Shown here piece by piece: positions 19,999 to 29,552 of a stretch of DNA of 64,000 bases. The position numbers and the translations under genes are program-made. The notes under the pieces are model-generated. The model saw only the letters and a program-made list of their open reading frames with translations, was not told the DNA's origin and did not search any database. Source of the stretch: Acidobacteriota bacterium (GTDB lineage: Bacteria; Acidobacteriota; UBA6911; RPQK01; JAJDTT01); contig OZ253580.1 in the NCBI GenBank assembly GCA_965263035.1, positions 1,728,001 through 1,792,000 of the forward strand, given 5' to 3'. Positions within the stretch are counted from its first letter, which is position 1. The number at the start of each line of letters is the position of its first letter.

Positions 19999-22996
19999 TC
20001 TGTCTCTCTCCCCCCGGGTCGTAGAAGACCGGGTCGGCGATCCTGGCGGCGATGGTCCTGCCGTCGAAGTTCTGGACGTGGACGGTCTCGCCCATTCGCC
20101 CGTGTCCCCCCTTGACCAGTCCCAGAGCGACGGAGCGCTCCAGGGCGGCGCTGTAGTAGGACGACGTCACGTGGCCCAGCATGGGCCGGGGCAGAGGCGC
20201 CGACGGATCGTCCACGATCTGCCCCCCCTCGGGCAGCACCTCCTGCGGGTCTTCGGTCAACAGCCCGACGAACTGCTTGCGGTCCTTCCGGACCAGGTAG
20301 GAGCGGAAGAGGGACCGCTTTCCCAGGAAGTCCTTGTTCTTCCCCAGCATCCGTTCCATGCCCAGATCCACGGGCGTGACCGAGCCGTCCGTATCCTGGC
20401 CCACGATGATGTACCCCTTCTCGGCCCGGAGGACGTGCATCGCCTCGGTGCCGTAGGGGGTGATTCCGTACTCCTCCCCCGCATCCATGACCGCTTCCCA
20501 GACGTGGCGCCCAAAGTTGGCGTTGACGTTGACCTCGTAGGTCAGCTCCCCCGTGAAGCTGATTCGGAAGATCCGTGCCGGTACGCCGGCGACCGTGCCC
20601 TCCCGGAGGGCCATGAAGGGGAAGGATTCCCGGCTGAGATCCACGTCGGAACAGAGCTTGCGGAGGACGCGGCGGCTGTCGGGTCCACAGACCGAAACGG
20701 TCGCCCAATGGTCGGTCACGGACGTCATGTAGACCTGCAACTCGGGCCACTCGGTCTGGAGCCAGAGCTCCAGCCAGGACATGACGTGGGCCGCACCGCC
20801 GGTGGTGGTGTGCATCAGGTAGTGGTTCTCGCCGAGCCGGGCCGTCACCCCGTCGTCCATGAGCATGCCGTTTTCATCCAGCATGAGACCGTACCGGCAG
20901 CGTCCCACGGGGACCTTCAGGAAGGGGTTGGTGTAGACGCGATTCAGAAAGACGTTGGCATCGGGCCCCTGGATGTCGATCTTCCCCAACGTCGAGGCGT
21001 CCAGCACACCGACGCGGCGGCGCACCGCGAGACACTCCCGGTCGACGGCCTCGTGCAGCGACTCGCCCGGTCTCGGGAAGTACCACGGCCGCTTCCATTG
21101 GCCCACGGTCTCGAAGAGAGCCCCCTGCTGGACGTGCCACTCGTGGATGGCCGTCTTGCGGACGGGATCGAACAGGTCCCGTTGCTCCCCTCCCGAGAGG
21201 GCGGCGAAGGTGACGGGAGTGTACATGGGCCGAAACGTGGTGGTGCCGATGGAGCCGGGGTCGGTCTGGTGATGGCCGGCCAGGATGGCGATGCCGTTGA
21301 CGTTCCCCAGCCTGCCCTGGTCGGGACCCATGCCCAGGTTGGTGTACCGCTTGACGTACTCGATGGAATCGTAACCCTCCCGTGCCGCGGTCAGAATGTC
21401 GGCGGAGGAAACGTCCATGAGGGGGTCGACGAACTGCTTGGGGGCCCGCGAAACGGGTTTCACGGCCGGAACGATCCAGAGCGGGCGGATCGAGTCTCCC
21501 TCCTTGGCTTCCACCCGTGGGATCGGCCGCGAGAGCACGCCGTCGCCGTGGCCTGCGGCGTGAGCCGCTTCGGCACCTGCCCGGAATCCCTCGGTGACGC
21601 AGGCTCCCAGCTCGAAACTCCCTCTACAGGCACCCGCCGACCGCTCCGCCTGGACGGACGCGCCTGGAACGAAACCGGCCTGCTTGGAGTCATAGACCGG
21701 GCGTGCGCCCGACTGGGCGTGGAGCTGGACGGTTGGGCTCCAGCCGCCGGAGACGGCCAGCAGGTCGCACTCCAGACGACGGACTCGACCCGAAACGGAC
21801 CCGCCGTCCCCGCTCAGGGTCATGAGCTGCACTCCCCGAATCCTCTTCGTCCCCCGGACGTCGATGACGGCGTGCCGGTTAATGACCTCCAAGCCCCGCT
21901 CTCGCGCCTCGGCGCTCCGATGGCCGGCCGGCCGTGCATCCACGACGGCTTCCACCTTCGCTCCCGCATCCAGCAGGTCGAAAGCCGTCCGGTAGGCGCT
22001 GTCGTTGGTGGTGAAGACCACGACTCGGGACCCCGGAAGGACCCCGTACCGGTGGATGTATTCCGAGACCCCGGAAGCCAGCATGACGCCGGGCCGGTCG
22101 TTGTTGCAGAAGACCAGGGGGCGCTCGATGGCGCCCGTGGCCAGCACGACCTGCCTGGCCCGGATCCGCCAGAGCCGCTGACGCGGGCCTTGGCCCTCAC
22201 CCGGAGGAAGGTGGTCCGTCCGGCGCTCCAGCGCCAGCAGGAAGTTGTGCTCGTAGTAACCCGCCGCGGTGGTCCGAGTCAGCACCTGGACCTCCGGCAG
22301 AGAAGCCAGCTCCTCGAATCTCAGACCGGCCCACTGCCAAGCCGGAGCCTGATCGATCCGGTCGCTGCTCCCGATGAGCGTACCTCCCGACTCCGTTCGT
22401 TCGTCGATGAGGATCACGCGGGCCCCGGTCCGTCCCGCTGCCAGGGCGGCGGCCAAGCCGGCGGGGCCGGCTCCCACGACCAGCACGTCGCAGTGGGCGT
22501 TCATGTGATCGTAGTCGTCGGGATCGGCGTCCGCCGGGACCACGCCGAATCCGGCCGCTTTGCGGATATGATGCTCGTACTGCCGCCAGGAACCCGCCGG
22601 CCACATGAAGGTCTTGTAGTAGAAGCCGGGCGGCATGAAGCGCGCGAACCAACCGTGGACGGCCCGCAGGTCGAACCCGACGCTGGGGAAGACGTTGACG
22701 CTTCGGGCCGCCAGACCGTCATAGAGCTCCACCTGGGTGGCCACCAGGTTGGGCAGGGAGCGGGCTCCCTCTCCCACTTGGACCAGCGCGTTGGACTCCT
22801 CCACGCCTGCGGCGACGATGCCCCGGGGCCGGTGATACTTCAGGCTCCGAGCCACCAGGTGAACGCCGTTGGCCAGCAGCCCTGAGGCCAGCGTGTCTCC
22901 CCGGAATGCGGGGTAGTCGCGGCCGTTGAAGGTGAACGTCAGCGGTTGGTTCCGGTCGATCCGGCCACCGGTGGCAAGACGATGGGACTGGCTCAT
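19991..22996 (-). CDS. soxA: Sarcosine oxidase alpha subunit
   Basis: Start MSQSHRLATGGRIDR; GDTLASGLLANG, SLKYHRPRG, VGAGPAG, KRYT..GMGPDQG, GcvT-like C-terminus. Confidence 0.95.
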   Translation of the reverse strand: MSQSHRLATGGRIDRNQPLTFTFNGRDYPAFRGDTLASGLLANGVHLVARSLKYHRPRGIVAAGVEESNALVQVGEGARSLPNLVATQVELYDGLAARSVNVFPSVGFDLRAVHGWFARFMPPGFYYKTFMWPAGSWRQYEHHIRKAAGFGVVPADADPDDYDHMNAHCDVLVVGAGPAGLAAALAAGRTGARVILIDERTESGGTLIGSSDRIDQAPAWQWAGLRFEELASLPEVQVLTRTTAAGYYEHNFLLALERRTDHLPPGEGQGPRQRLWRIRARQVVLATGAIERPLVFCNNDRPGVMLASGVSEYIHRYGVLPGSRVVVFTTNDSAYRTAFDLLDAGAKVEAVVDARPAGHRSAEARERGLEVINRHAVIDVRGTKRIRGVQLMTLSGDGGSVSGRVRRLECDLLAVSGGWSPTVQLHAQSGARPVYDSKQAGFVPGASVQAERSAGACRGSFELGACVTEGFRAGAEAAHAAGHGDGVLSRPIPRVEAKEGDSIRPLWIVPAVKPVSRAPKQFVDPLMDVSSADILTAAREGYDSIEYVKRYTNLGMGPDQGRLGNVNGIAILAGHHQTDPGSIGTTTFRPMYTPVTFAALSGGEQRDLFDPVRKTAIHEWHVQQGALFETVGQWKRPWYFPRPGESLHEAVDRECLAVRRRVGVLDASTLGKIDIQGPDANVFLNRVYTNPFLKVPVGRCRYGLMLDENGMLMDDGVTARLGENHYLMHTTTGGAAHVMSWLELWLQTEWPELQVYMTSVTDHWATVSVCGPDSRRVLRKLCSDVDLSRESFPFMALREGTVAGVPARIFRISFTGELTYEVNVNANFGRHVWEAVMDAGEEYGITPYGTEAMHVLRAEKGYIIVGQDTDGSVTPVDLGMERMLGKNKDFLGKRSLFRSYLVRKDRKQFVGLLTEDPQEVLPEGGQIVDDPSAPLPRPMLGHVTSSYYSAALERSVALGLVKGGHGRMGETVHVQNFDGRTIAARIADPVFYDPGGERQNV

Positions 22997-23274
22997 CCCG
23001 TCGCTCCCGGAGGCGGCTCGCCTGACTTGTACACCGACTTGATCCGGTTGGTCACGGTGTCCCGCTGGACGTTGAAATATCGCCGGCAGCCCGAGGCGTG
23101 GCACCACTGCTCCAGATGGTCCCCCCGGGTGTTCCTCCGGTAGAAGAGATAGTCGGCCCACTCTTCGTCGGTGAGCGCTTCCGGCTTCAGGGGCCGGACG
23201 ATGTGGGCTTCGCCGGAGTAGGCGAACTCCGACTCGTCGCGGGGGCCGCACCAGGGACACTCGATCAGGAGCAT
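22993..23274 (-). CDS. soxD: Sarcosine oxidase delta subunit
   Basis: MLLIECPWCGPRDESEF, WCHASGCRRYFNVQRDTVT. Confidence 0.95.
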   Translation of the reverse strand: MLLIECPWCGPRDESEFAYSGEAHIVRPLKPEALTDEEWADYLFYRRNTRGDHLEQWCHASGCRRYFNVQRDTVTNRIKSVYKSGEPPPGATG

Positions 23275-23293
23275 GGGGTTCGCTCTCCGGGCG

Positions 23294-24544
23294 TCAGTGG
23301 GCCACTCCCGCGGCGCCGTGCTCGTCGATGAGGTGCCCCGTCGCGAACCGCTCCAGCGAGAACGGCTCGTTGAGGCGATGGGGACGATTCTGCGCGATGG
23401 TGTAGGCGAAGACCCAACCCGAACCCGGCGTCGACTTGTAGCCCCCGGTCCCCCAACCGCAGTTGAAGTAGAGGCCCTTCACCGGAGTGAGGCCGATGAT
23501 GGGGCAGGCGTCCGGACAGGTGTCCACCGTGCCCGCCCACTGTCTCAGCATGCGAACGCGGCTGAATCTGGGGAACATCTCGATAATGGCGGCGATGGCG
23601 TGCTCCAGGGTGTTGGGACTGCCGCGTTGGCCATAGCCGTTGTAGGAGTCGACACCGGCGCCGCAGAGCAGTTCTCCCCGGTCGGTCTGGCTGATATAGG
23701 CGTGCACGGCGTTGGACATGATCACCACGTCCAGAATCGGCTTGAGGGGTTGGGAGACCCAGGCCTGCAGGGGACGACTCTCCAAGGGCAGCCGCATCCC
23801 GGCCATGGAGGCCAGGACTCCCGAGTTGCCTGCCGTGACGCAGCCCACCTTGCCGGCCTTGATGAGACCTCTGGAAGTCTCCACTCCGGTGACGGCCCCA
23901 TTTTCCCGGCGGAACCCCGTCACCTCGCAATTCTGGATGATGTCCACCCCCACCGAATCCGCCGCCCGGGCCAGGCCCCAGGCCAGGGCATCGTGCCGGG
24001 CCGTCCCTCCACGCCGCTGCAGGGAGGCTCCGAGGATGGGATAGCGGGCCCGGGGAGAGACGTCGATGGCCGGGACCATCTCCTTGATCTGTTCGGGCGT
24101 GAGGAATTCGCTGTCGATGCCGTTGAGGAGGTTGGCGTTGATGCGGCGCTGGATGTCCCGAAGATCCTGGAGCGTGTGTCCCAGGCTCAGCAGTCCCCGC
24201 TGGCTGAACATCAGATTGAAGTTGATCTCCTGAGTCAGGCCCTCCCAGAGCTTCAGGGAGAACTCGTAGATGTGGGCGGCCTCGTCCCAGAGGTAGTTGG
24301 ACCGGACGATCTCGGTGTTGCGCCCGGTGTTGCCGCCCCCGACGTATCCCTTCTCGAGCACGGCGACGCTGCCGACGCGGTGCTCCTTCACCAGATAGTA
24401 GGCGGTGGCGAGGCCATGGCCCCCACCCCCCACGATGACCACGTCGTACCGGGGCTTCGGGTCCGGACTCCGCCAGGCGCGCTGCCAGTTCTCGTGATAG
24501 GTGAGGGCGTTCCGGGCCAGACTGAGGAAGGAGTACTTCTGCAT
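23294..24544 (-). CDS. soxB: Sarcosine oxidase beta subunit
   Basis: [52 protein letters not shown]. Confidence 0.96.
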   Translation of the reverse strand: MQKYSFLSLARNALTYHENWQRAWRSPDPKPRYDVVIVGGGGHGLATAYYLVKEHRVGSVAVLEKGYVGGGNTGRNTEIVRSNYLWDEAAHIYEFSLKLWEGLTQEINFNLMFSQRGLLSLGHTLQDLRDIQRRINANLLNGIDSEFLTPEQIKEMVPAIDVSPRARYPILGASLQRRGGTARHDALAWGLARAADSVGVDIIQNCEVTGFRRENGAVTGVETSRGLIKAGKVGCVTAGNSGVLASMAGMRLPLESRPLQAWVSQPLKPILDVVIMSNAVHAYISQTDRGELLCGAGVDSYNGYGQRGSPNTLEHAIAAIIEMFPRFSRVRMLRQWAGTVDTCPDACPIIGLTPVKGLYFNCGWGTGGYKSTPGSGWVFAYTIAQNRPHRLNEPFSLERFATGHLIDEHGAAGVAH

Positions 24545-24629
24545 CGGGAAGCGCAGATTATACCCAAAGGGGGTGGGCCGGGCTATGAATCGGGGGGAGG
24601 AACAGCCCTACTTATGGAGGGTCGACTTT

Positions 24630-25706
24630 TTAGTCGTCCGATCCTTTTTGGGCGTATTGTGACTCTGGAGTTCGGCGGCTGGAAAGCCGCCGCTCCTGGG
24701 CGTCCAGCCGTGTCAGCAGAGTTTGGGCCCGGGTGCGCTTGTCCGGATTGAGATCCCGGGCGACGATGCGCTGCAGGGTCGAGCGGGCCAGCTCGTCCCC
24801 TTTTTCCGCCATCTCCATGGCCAGTACGTCGCGACGTTCGAAATAGCTGGGGTCGTAGTCCACGATCCGGGGATCCCAATCCTTCCAATAGTACTGAAAT
24901 TCGCCGGAAGTCCAGTTCGCGTAGATCTCTTCCCAACTCAACCCGTCGACACCCATATGCGGCGTCAGGCTGTCCCGGGTGATGGGATCGCTTCTCTTCT
25001 GGTAGCGGCCGTCAATGGACAGACGCATGCGTTCTCCCCGGTTCGGGACCCCCCGGTGCGCCGCCAGGCTATGGAAGAAAAGGACGTCACCTTGCTGGAA
25101 ACTGTTGCCCACCCAGCCATCTCCCAGGTCGTCGATGATCTCGAAACCGCCGGCGCCCAGGGCCGGCTTGATTTCGTAGACCCCGCCCAGGTGTGAGCCG
25201 GCGGCAATCTGCAGCCCACCCATCTCTTCCGGCAGGTCCGACAGCGGGAGCCAGGCGGTGTAGGTCTCTTCGGTCCCCTGGATCGGGATGAAGTCCTGGT
25301 GCGCCTTGGTCGTGTAAGCGTTGCGCTGCGGAAACATGAAGCGTCCGATGATGCGCGGATGGTGAATGACCGGCTCTCCGAGCATCCGTTCCAGCAACCC
25401 CAGGATGCGGGGGTGGTGCGGCAGTGCGTGGAAGTCCTGGAGCCGGTAGAACTGCTCGTAGACCTCCATGTATTTCGGCTCCGGCTCGACGCAGAACCCG
25501 GTCAGGTCGGCGACACCTTCCTCTATGGGCACTTGAGTGCTGACCCAGCCGTTGGCGGCCGCGATTTCGAGAAACTGTATGCGCAGGGATTCCAACGGTT
25601 CCGACGGCAGTAGACCACGCACGAACAGATAGCCGTCTCTTTTCATGCGGCGGGCCAGTTCGGGACCGTCGCCGACCACACCGGAAGAGTCTAAAAAGGG
25701 TTTCAT
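24630..25706 (-). CDS. Phytanoyl-CoA dioxygenase (PhyH) family Fe/2OG oxygenase
   Basis: RDGYLFVRG, AHQD, WLPL...GGLQI..GSH, GDVLFFH...HRG.PN, RLSID. Confidence 0.88.
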   Translation of the reverse strand: MKPFLDSSGVVGDGPELARRMKRDGYLFVRGLLPSEPLESLRIQFLEIAAANGWVSTQVPIEEGVADLTGFCVEPEPKYMEVYEQFYRLQDFHALPHHPRILGLLERMLGEPVIHHPRIIGRFMFPQRNAYTTKAHQDFIPIQGTEETYTAWLPLSDLPEEMGGLQIAAGSHLGGVYEIKPALGAGGFEIIDDLGDGWVGNSFQQGDVLFFHSLAAHRGVPNRGERMRLSIDGRYQKRSDPITRDSLTPHMGVDGLSWEEIYANWTSGEFQYYWKDWDPRIVDYDPSYFERRDVLAMEMAEKGDELARSTLQRIVARDLNPDKRTRAQTLLTRLDAQERRLSSRRTPESQYAQKGSDD

Positions 25707-25883
25707 GACGGGGCGCTCCGGACTGAGGTTTCAGCTTCGTTATTCGAGCATGTTAGAATCCGACGCCAAACTTGAGAATATCCTACCTCGAATTTCTTCT
25801 TAAAGACACATTTGGACAATGGTTTGTCCTATTGCGACACCCTCGAAAAACCCGGAAACACCGGTTGGAAAGAGAGGCCCGAA

Positions 25884-27605
25884 ATGACTTCGCCGACGCG
25901 ACTATTCCCTTGCCTACTCCTGCTTCTCTCGGCCTGCTCGGCTCCTGGCTCCGATCCCGCCGGTCCATCGCAACCCGTTCACAAAATTGTCGATGAGAGC
26001 AAAGTACCCGTCCCCATGCAGGACGGCGTCAACCTGGCCGCCCACGTCTACCGTCCCGATGCGCCCGGCAAGTTTCCGGCGCTCATGCTGTTGAGATATT
26101 TTCGGGCTCCCTTCCAGAATGAACACGCCGAGTACTTCGCCAAGAGAGGTTATGCCGTCGCCCTGGTGGATTCCCGGGGGCGCTACGATTCCGGCGGGAA
26201 ATGGGTTCCCTACGTGAACGAACCCCGCGATGGCTATGACGCCCAGCAGTGGCTCGGTCAACAACCATGGTCGAACGGAGAGATCGGCACCATGGGGATC
26301 TCCTACAACGGTTTCACGCAGGTGATGCCGGCGCCACTGGGCAGCCCCTACCTGAAGTGTCTGGTGCCGCGCGAGAACCAACAGACCAACTTCGGACACC
26401 TCTACAACGACGGCGTCATGCAGTTGAACGTGGTCTTCGAGTTCGGGCTCTTCACCAAGCAGGGCTCCCAGACCCAGAAGATCCTGCCTTCGGAAGATCC
26501 CCACTATCGCCGGCTGCCCCTGCTGGCGGCCGTAGACGAGTTCCCGCAGGTCGAGCACGTGAAGGACTGGTTCGCCCATGCCAAATACGACCATTACTGG
26601 CAGTCCTACGGGATCAAGGAGAAGTACGGCAAGATCCAGGTCCCGGCCTACTTCATGACCGGCTGGTACGACAATCTCGTCCACGAGGGCTGGAGGAACT
26701 TCAAGGGCTTCACCGAAGAGGGCGCAACCGAAGCGGCCCGCCAAGGCACGAAGATCCTGGTCGGTCCCTGGGAACACGGGGGGACCAACTCCTATCCCGA
26801 GCTGCTCGATGTCGAGTTGAGGTGGTACGACTATTGGCTCAAGGGGATCCGGAACGGGATCGGCACCGAGCCCCCCATCAAGATCTTCGTCATGGGTCCT
26901 GACGTCTGGCGCTTCGAGAACGAGTGGCCGCTGGCCCGGACCCAGTTCACCAAGTACTACATCCGCAGCTCGGGCAAGGCAAACGGAGACCAGGGGGACG
27001 GTACTCTGGCGTCTTCACCGGCCCAGGACGAGCCCCCGGACCGCTACGCCTACGATCCGGAAGACCCGGTGCCGACTCTGGGAGGACAGATCTCGACTCA
27101 CAAGGAAATTCGCGGTCGGAAAGACAGAAGCTCGGTTCAGAGCCGGAAGGATATCCTGGTCTACACTTCCGAACCGCTGGAACAGGACATGGAGGTCACC
27201 GGCCCGGTCGCGTTCAAGCTTTTCGCGGCCTCCAGCGCCGTGGACACCGACTGGACGGCCACGCTGAGCGACCTCGGTCCCGACGGCCAGGCGATTCACG
27301 TCTGCGAGGGGATTCGGGGAGCGCGCTTCCGGGATTCCCTGGAAACTCCGGCGCTGATCGAACCGGGGAAGGTCTACGAGTACAACATCAGCTTGTGGGA
27401 GACCAGCTACGTTTTCAAGGCGGGACATCGGATCCGCCTGGAAATCTCGAGCAGCAACTTTCCCCGGTTTGCCCGCAATCAGAATATCGGCGAGCCGCTG
27501 GGGACGAGTGACCAACTCGTCGTGGCCAAACAGACCATCTACCACGACGCCCAATACCCGTCCCATCTGGTGCTCCCCGTGATTCCATCCGGGAGCGGGG
27601 ATTGA
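25884..27605 (+). CDS. CocE/NonD-family serine hydrolase, lipoprotein-like
   Basis: PMQDGVNL, DSRGRYDSGG, GISYNG nucleophile elbow, GWYD, GPWEH, EISSSNFPRF. Confidence 0.93.
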   Translation: MTSPTRLFPCLLLLLSACSAPGSDPAGPSQPVHKIVDESKVPVPMQDGVNLAAHVYRPDAPGKFPALMLLRYFRAPFQNEHAEYFAKRGYAVALVDSRGRYDSGGKWVPYVNEPRDGYDAQQWLGQQPWSNGEIGTMGISYNGFTQVMPAPLGSPYLKCLVPRENQQTNFGHLYNDGVMQLNVVFEFGLFTKQGSQTQKILPSEDPHYRRLPLLAAVDEFPQVEHVKDWFAHAKYDHYWQSYGIKEKYGKIQVPAYFMTGWYDNLVHEGWRNFKGFTEEGATEAARQGTKILVGPWEHGGTNSYPELLDVELRWYDYWLKGIRNGIGTEPPIKIFVMGPDVWRFENEWPLARTQFTKYYIRSSGKANGDQGDGTLASSPAQDEPPDRYAYDPEDPVPTLGGQISTHKEIRGRKDRSSVQSRKDILVYTSEPLEQDMEVTGPVAFKLFAASSAVDTDWTATLSDLGPDGQAIHVCEGIRGARFRDSLETPALIEPGKVYEYNISLWETSYVFKAGHRIRLEISSSNFPRFARNQNIGEPLGTSDQLVVAKQTIYHDAQYPSHLVLPVIPSGSGD

Positions 27606-27663
27606 CGCGGGGCCGGACCCAATTCCCTTCCCTCACACGGAACCTGACCATGGAGACAGGCGC

Positions 27664-28647
27664 ATGACACACCCTCCGGACGCGGGTTCAAACGGACCGC
27701 TCGCCCCTTTCCACGAGGTCCGGATCGGCCGCGACGATCCGGCGGAGACCCGACGCTCCTATGACGAGAACGGCTACCTCTTTTTCAAGGGCGCCCTCAA
27801 TGCGGACACCGTGCTCAGAGCGAAAGAGGACATTGCCGGCGTTCTGCAACAGCAGAGCTACATGCAGAAGGGTTCAGCCGAACCGCGGCCGACTCCTGGC
27901 GCCAGCGCCGTCGAGGTCGACTACGGGCCCCTCTACCGGCTGAAATCTCCCTGGGAGCTGATGGCTTCTCCGGAACTCCAGGAGGCCGTCGATATCGCTT
28001 ATGGAGAGAAGGTGCGGGTCGGACGGTCTATCGGATTCCGTTACTCCATGCCCACCGATGCTCCCTATCTCACGCCCCCTCATCAGGACCACTTCTATAT
28101 CCGGGAGACGGATGAGTTCCGCATGATCTGGATTCCCCTGATGGATATGGAGATCGCCAACGGAGGACTGGCGATCGCGGCCGACTCCCACAAGCACGGC
28201 CTTCAGGAACATGTCGAATTCGACGGAGTCTACTCCTATTTATTCAAGGGACGGCCGCAAAAGGGAGTGCGTCCCGAAGCCATCCGCGGCATTTGGACCT
28301 CGTCGCGGTTCGAAGTGGGCGATCTCCTCATGTTCCACAGTTGCGCGGTCCATCGAGCGCTCCCCAACACCAGCGGCCTGGTCAGACTCTCGCTCAACAC
28401 CATCACCTACCCGGCGCGAAGGCCGACGATGTGGCAGGCCGAGAGAACCGGGCCGGAACTGGAAGTCTTCCGCGAGCGCATTAAGCGGATCTGCGACGCC
28501 GAGGGCATCGTCGGCGACCGGTTCGAAGAGATCCAGATCATGGCCTTCAAGCAGGGGGAGGATCCGAGTCCGGAATTGGTCGCGAAGCTGGCCGCGCAGT
28601 TGGAGGGAGCGGCGGTTTCTAACCGCCGAACTCCCAAAGCAGGTTGA
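27664..28647 (+). CDS. PhyH-family dioxygenase
   Basis: ENGYLFF, PPHQD, WIPL...GGLAI..SH, GDLLMFH..VHRALPN, RLSL. Confidence 0.88.
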   Translation: MTHPPDAGSNGPLAPFHEVRIGRDDPAETRRSYDENGYLFFKGALNADTVLRAKEDIAGVLQQQSYMQKGSAEPRPTPGASAVEVDYGPLYRLKSPWELMASPELQEAVDIAYGEKVRVGRSIGFRYSMPTDAPYLTPPHQDHFYIRETDEFRMIWIPLMDMEIANGGLAIAADSHKHGLQEHVEFDGVYSYLFKGRPQKGVRPEAIRGIWTSSRFEVGDLLMFHSCAVHRALPNTSGLVRLSLNTITYPARRPTMWQAERTGPELEVFRERIKRICDAEGIVGDRFEEIQIMAFKQGEDPSPELVAKLAAQLEGAAVSNRRTPKAG

Positions 28648-28713
28648 GGCAAGAAAGAATGCGGGCGTGACGAATGGGAAATGAAGAATGGGGGACAGGA
28701 ATGTCCCCCCTCC
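28607..28713. repeat. REP-like element
   Basis: GGAGCGGCGGTTTCTAACCGCCGAACTCCCAAAG...GAAGAATGGGGGACAGGAATGTCCCCCCTCC, closely similar to 5450-5544. Confidence 0.75.
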
Positions 28714-28725
28714 ATGCCCCCCCTC

Positions 28726-29541
28726 CTAGATTCTCAACCGGCAGACAACGCCCACATCGTCGCAATACCACAGGACGCCGTCCCGGATGGTCATCCCGTG
28801 GGGTAGCGGATCGTCATCCGCGAGCTGGATCTTCTCGACGACCTCTCCGCTGTCGGGATCGTGCTTGAAGAAGGCGTTGTGGTTGGTGTCCGTACACCAC
28901 AGATATCTGCCTTCCCAGCCGATCCCATGGGGACGGTTGCCGTAGGTTGGGAAACGCTGCTCGACGATCCAGCTCTCGGGATCGATGCGGTAGATCATTC
29001 GTGACGGCGGGACCGCCATCCAGAGCTTGCTGTCCCGCCATTCGAGACCGTGAGCGCCGGTTCCGGCACGGGGACTGGCATCGTAGACAGCAGGCGCGGG
29101 CTGCCCGCTCGGCGAAGGCTCCGGAGGGGGTGCGAGCGGACTCTGCCGGTTGGGAGGATCCGAAGGCATTTTGTAGATCACACCCGCCCCCGGCGTGAAA
29201 AACTTCGCCATCGTCTTGCCGTTGGACGCGTCGGCGCGGATGATCTCCCGGCTGTAGGTCGACGCTATCCAGATCGCCTCCCCGTCGAAAGTGATCCCGC
29301 TGGGGCCAACGGACTCGGTCTCGAAGTCGCGCAGGACCTTGCCGTCTTCGTAGCGGACGAGGAAGACGCGGCCATCATCCGCGCCGATGATCCAGAGGCC
29401 TTCCCGCGTGGCCTGCAGACCGTTGGGGTGGGGACCGGGGCTCTTGAAGACGGTCTCTACCCGGCCGGCGTCGCGCACCGGCACTTTGCCCATCACCGGG
29501 GCGGCGGCCATGAATGCCAGGAACTGTCTGCGTACCATCAT
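28726..29541 (-). CDS. Beta-propeller protein (glutamine cyclotransferase / YVTN-like), probable Tat signal
   Basis: RRQFL signal; repeated PNGLQ / PSGITFDG / AHGLEW / PHGIGW / PHGMT blades. Confidence 0.7.
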   Translation of the reverse strand: MMVRRQFLAFMAAAPVMGKVPVRDAGRVETVFKSPGPHPNGLQATREGLWIIGADDGRVFLVRYEDGKVLRDFETESVGPSGITFDGEAIWIASTYSREIIRADASNGKTMAKFFTPGAGVIYKMPSDPPNRQSPLAPPPEPSPSGQPAPAVYDASPRAGTGAHGLEWRDSKLWMAVPPSRMIYRIDPESWIVEQRFPTYGNRPHGIGWEGRYLWCTDTNHNAFFKHDPDSGEVVEKIQLADDDPLPHGMTIRDGVLWYCDDVGVVCRLRI

Positions 29542-29552
29542 TCGACTTGCCT

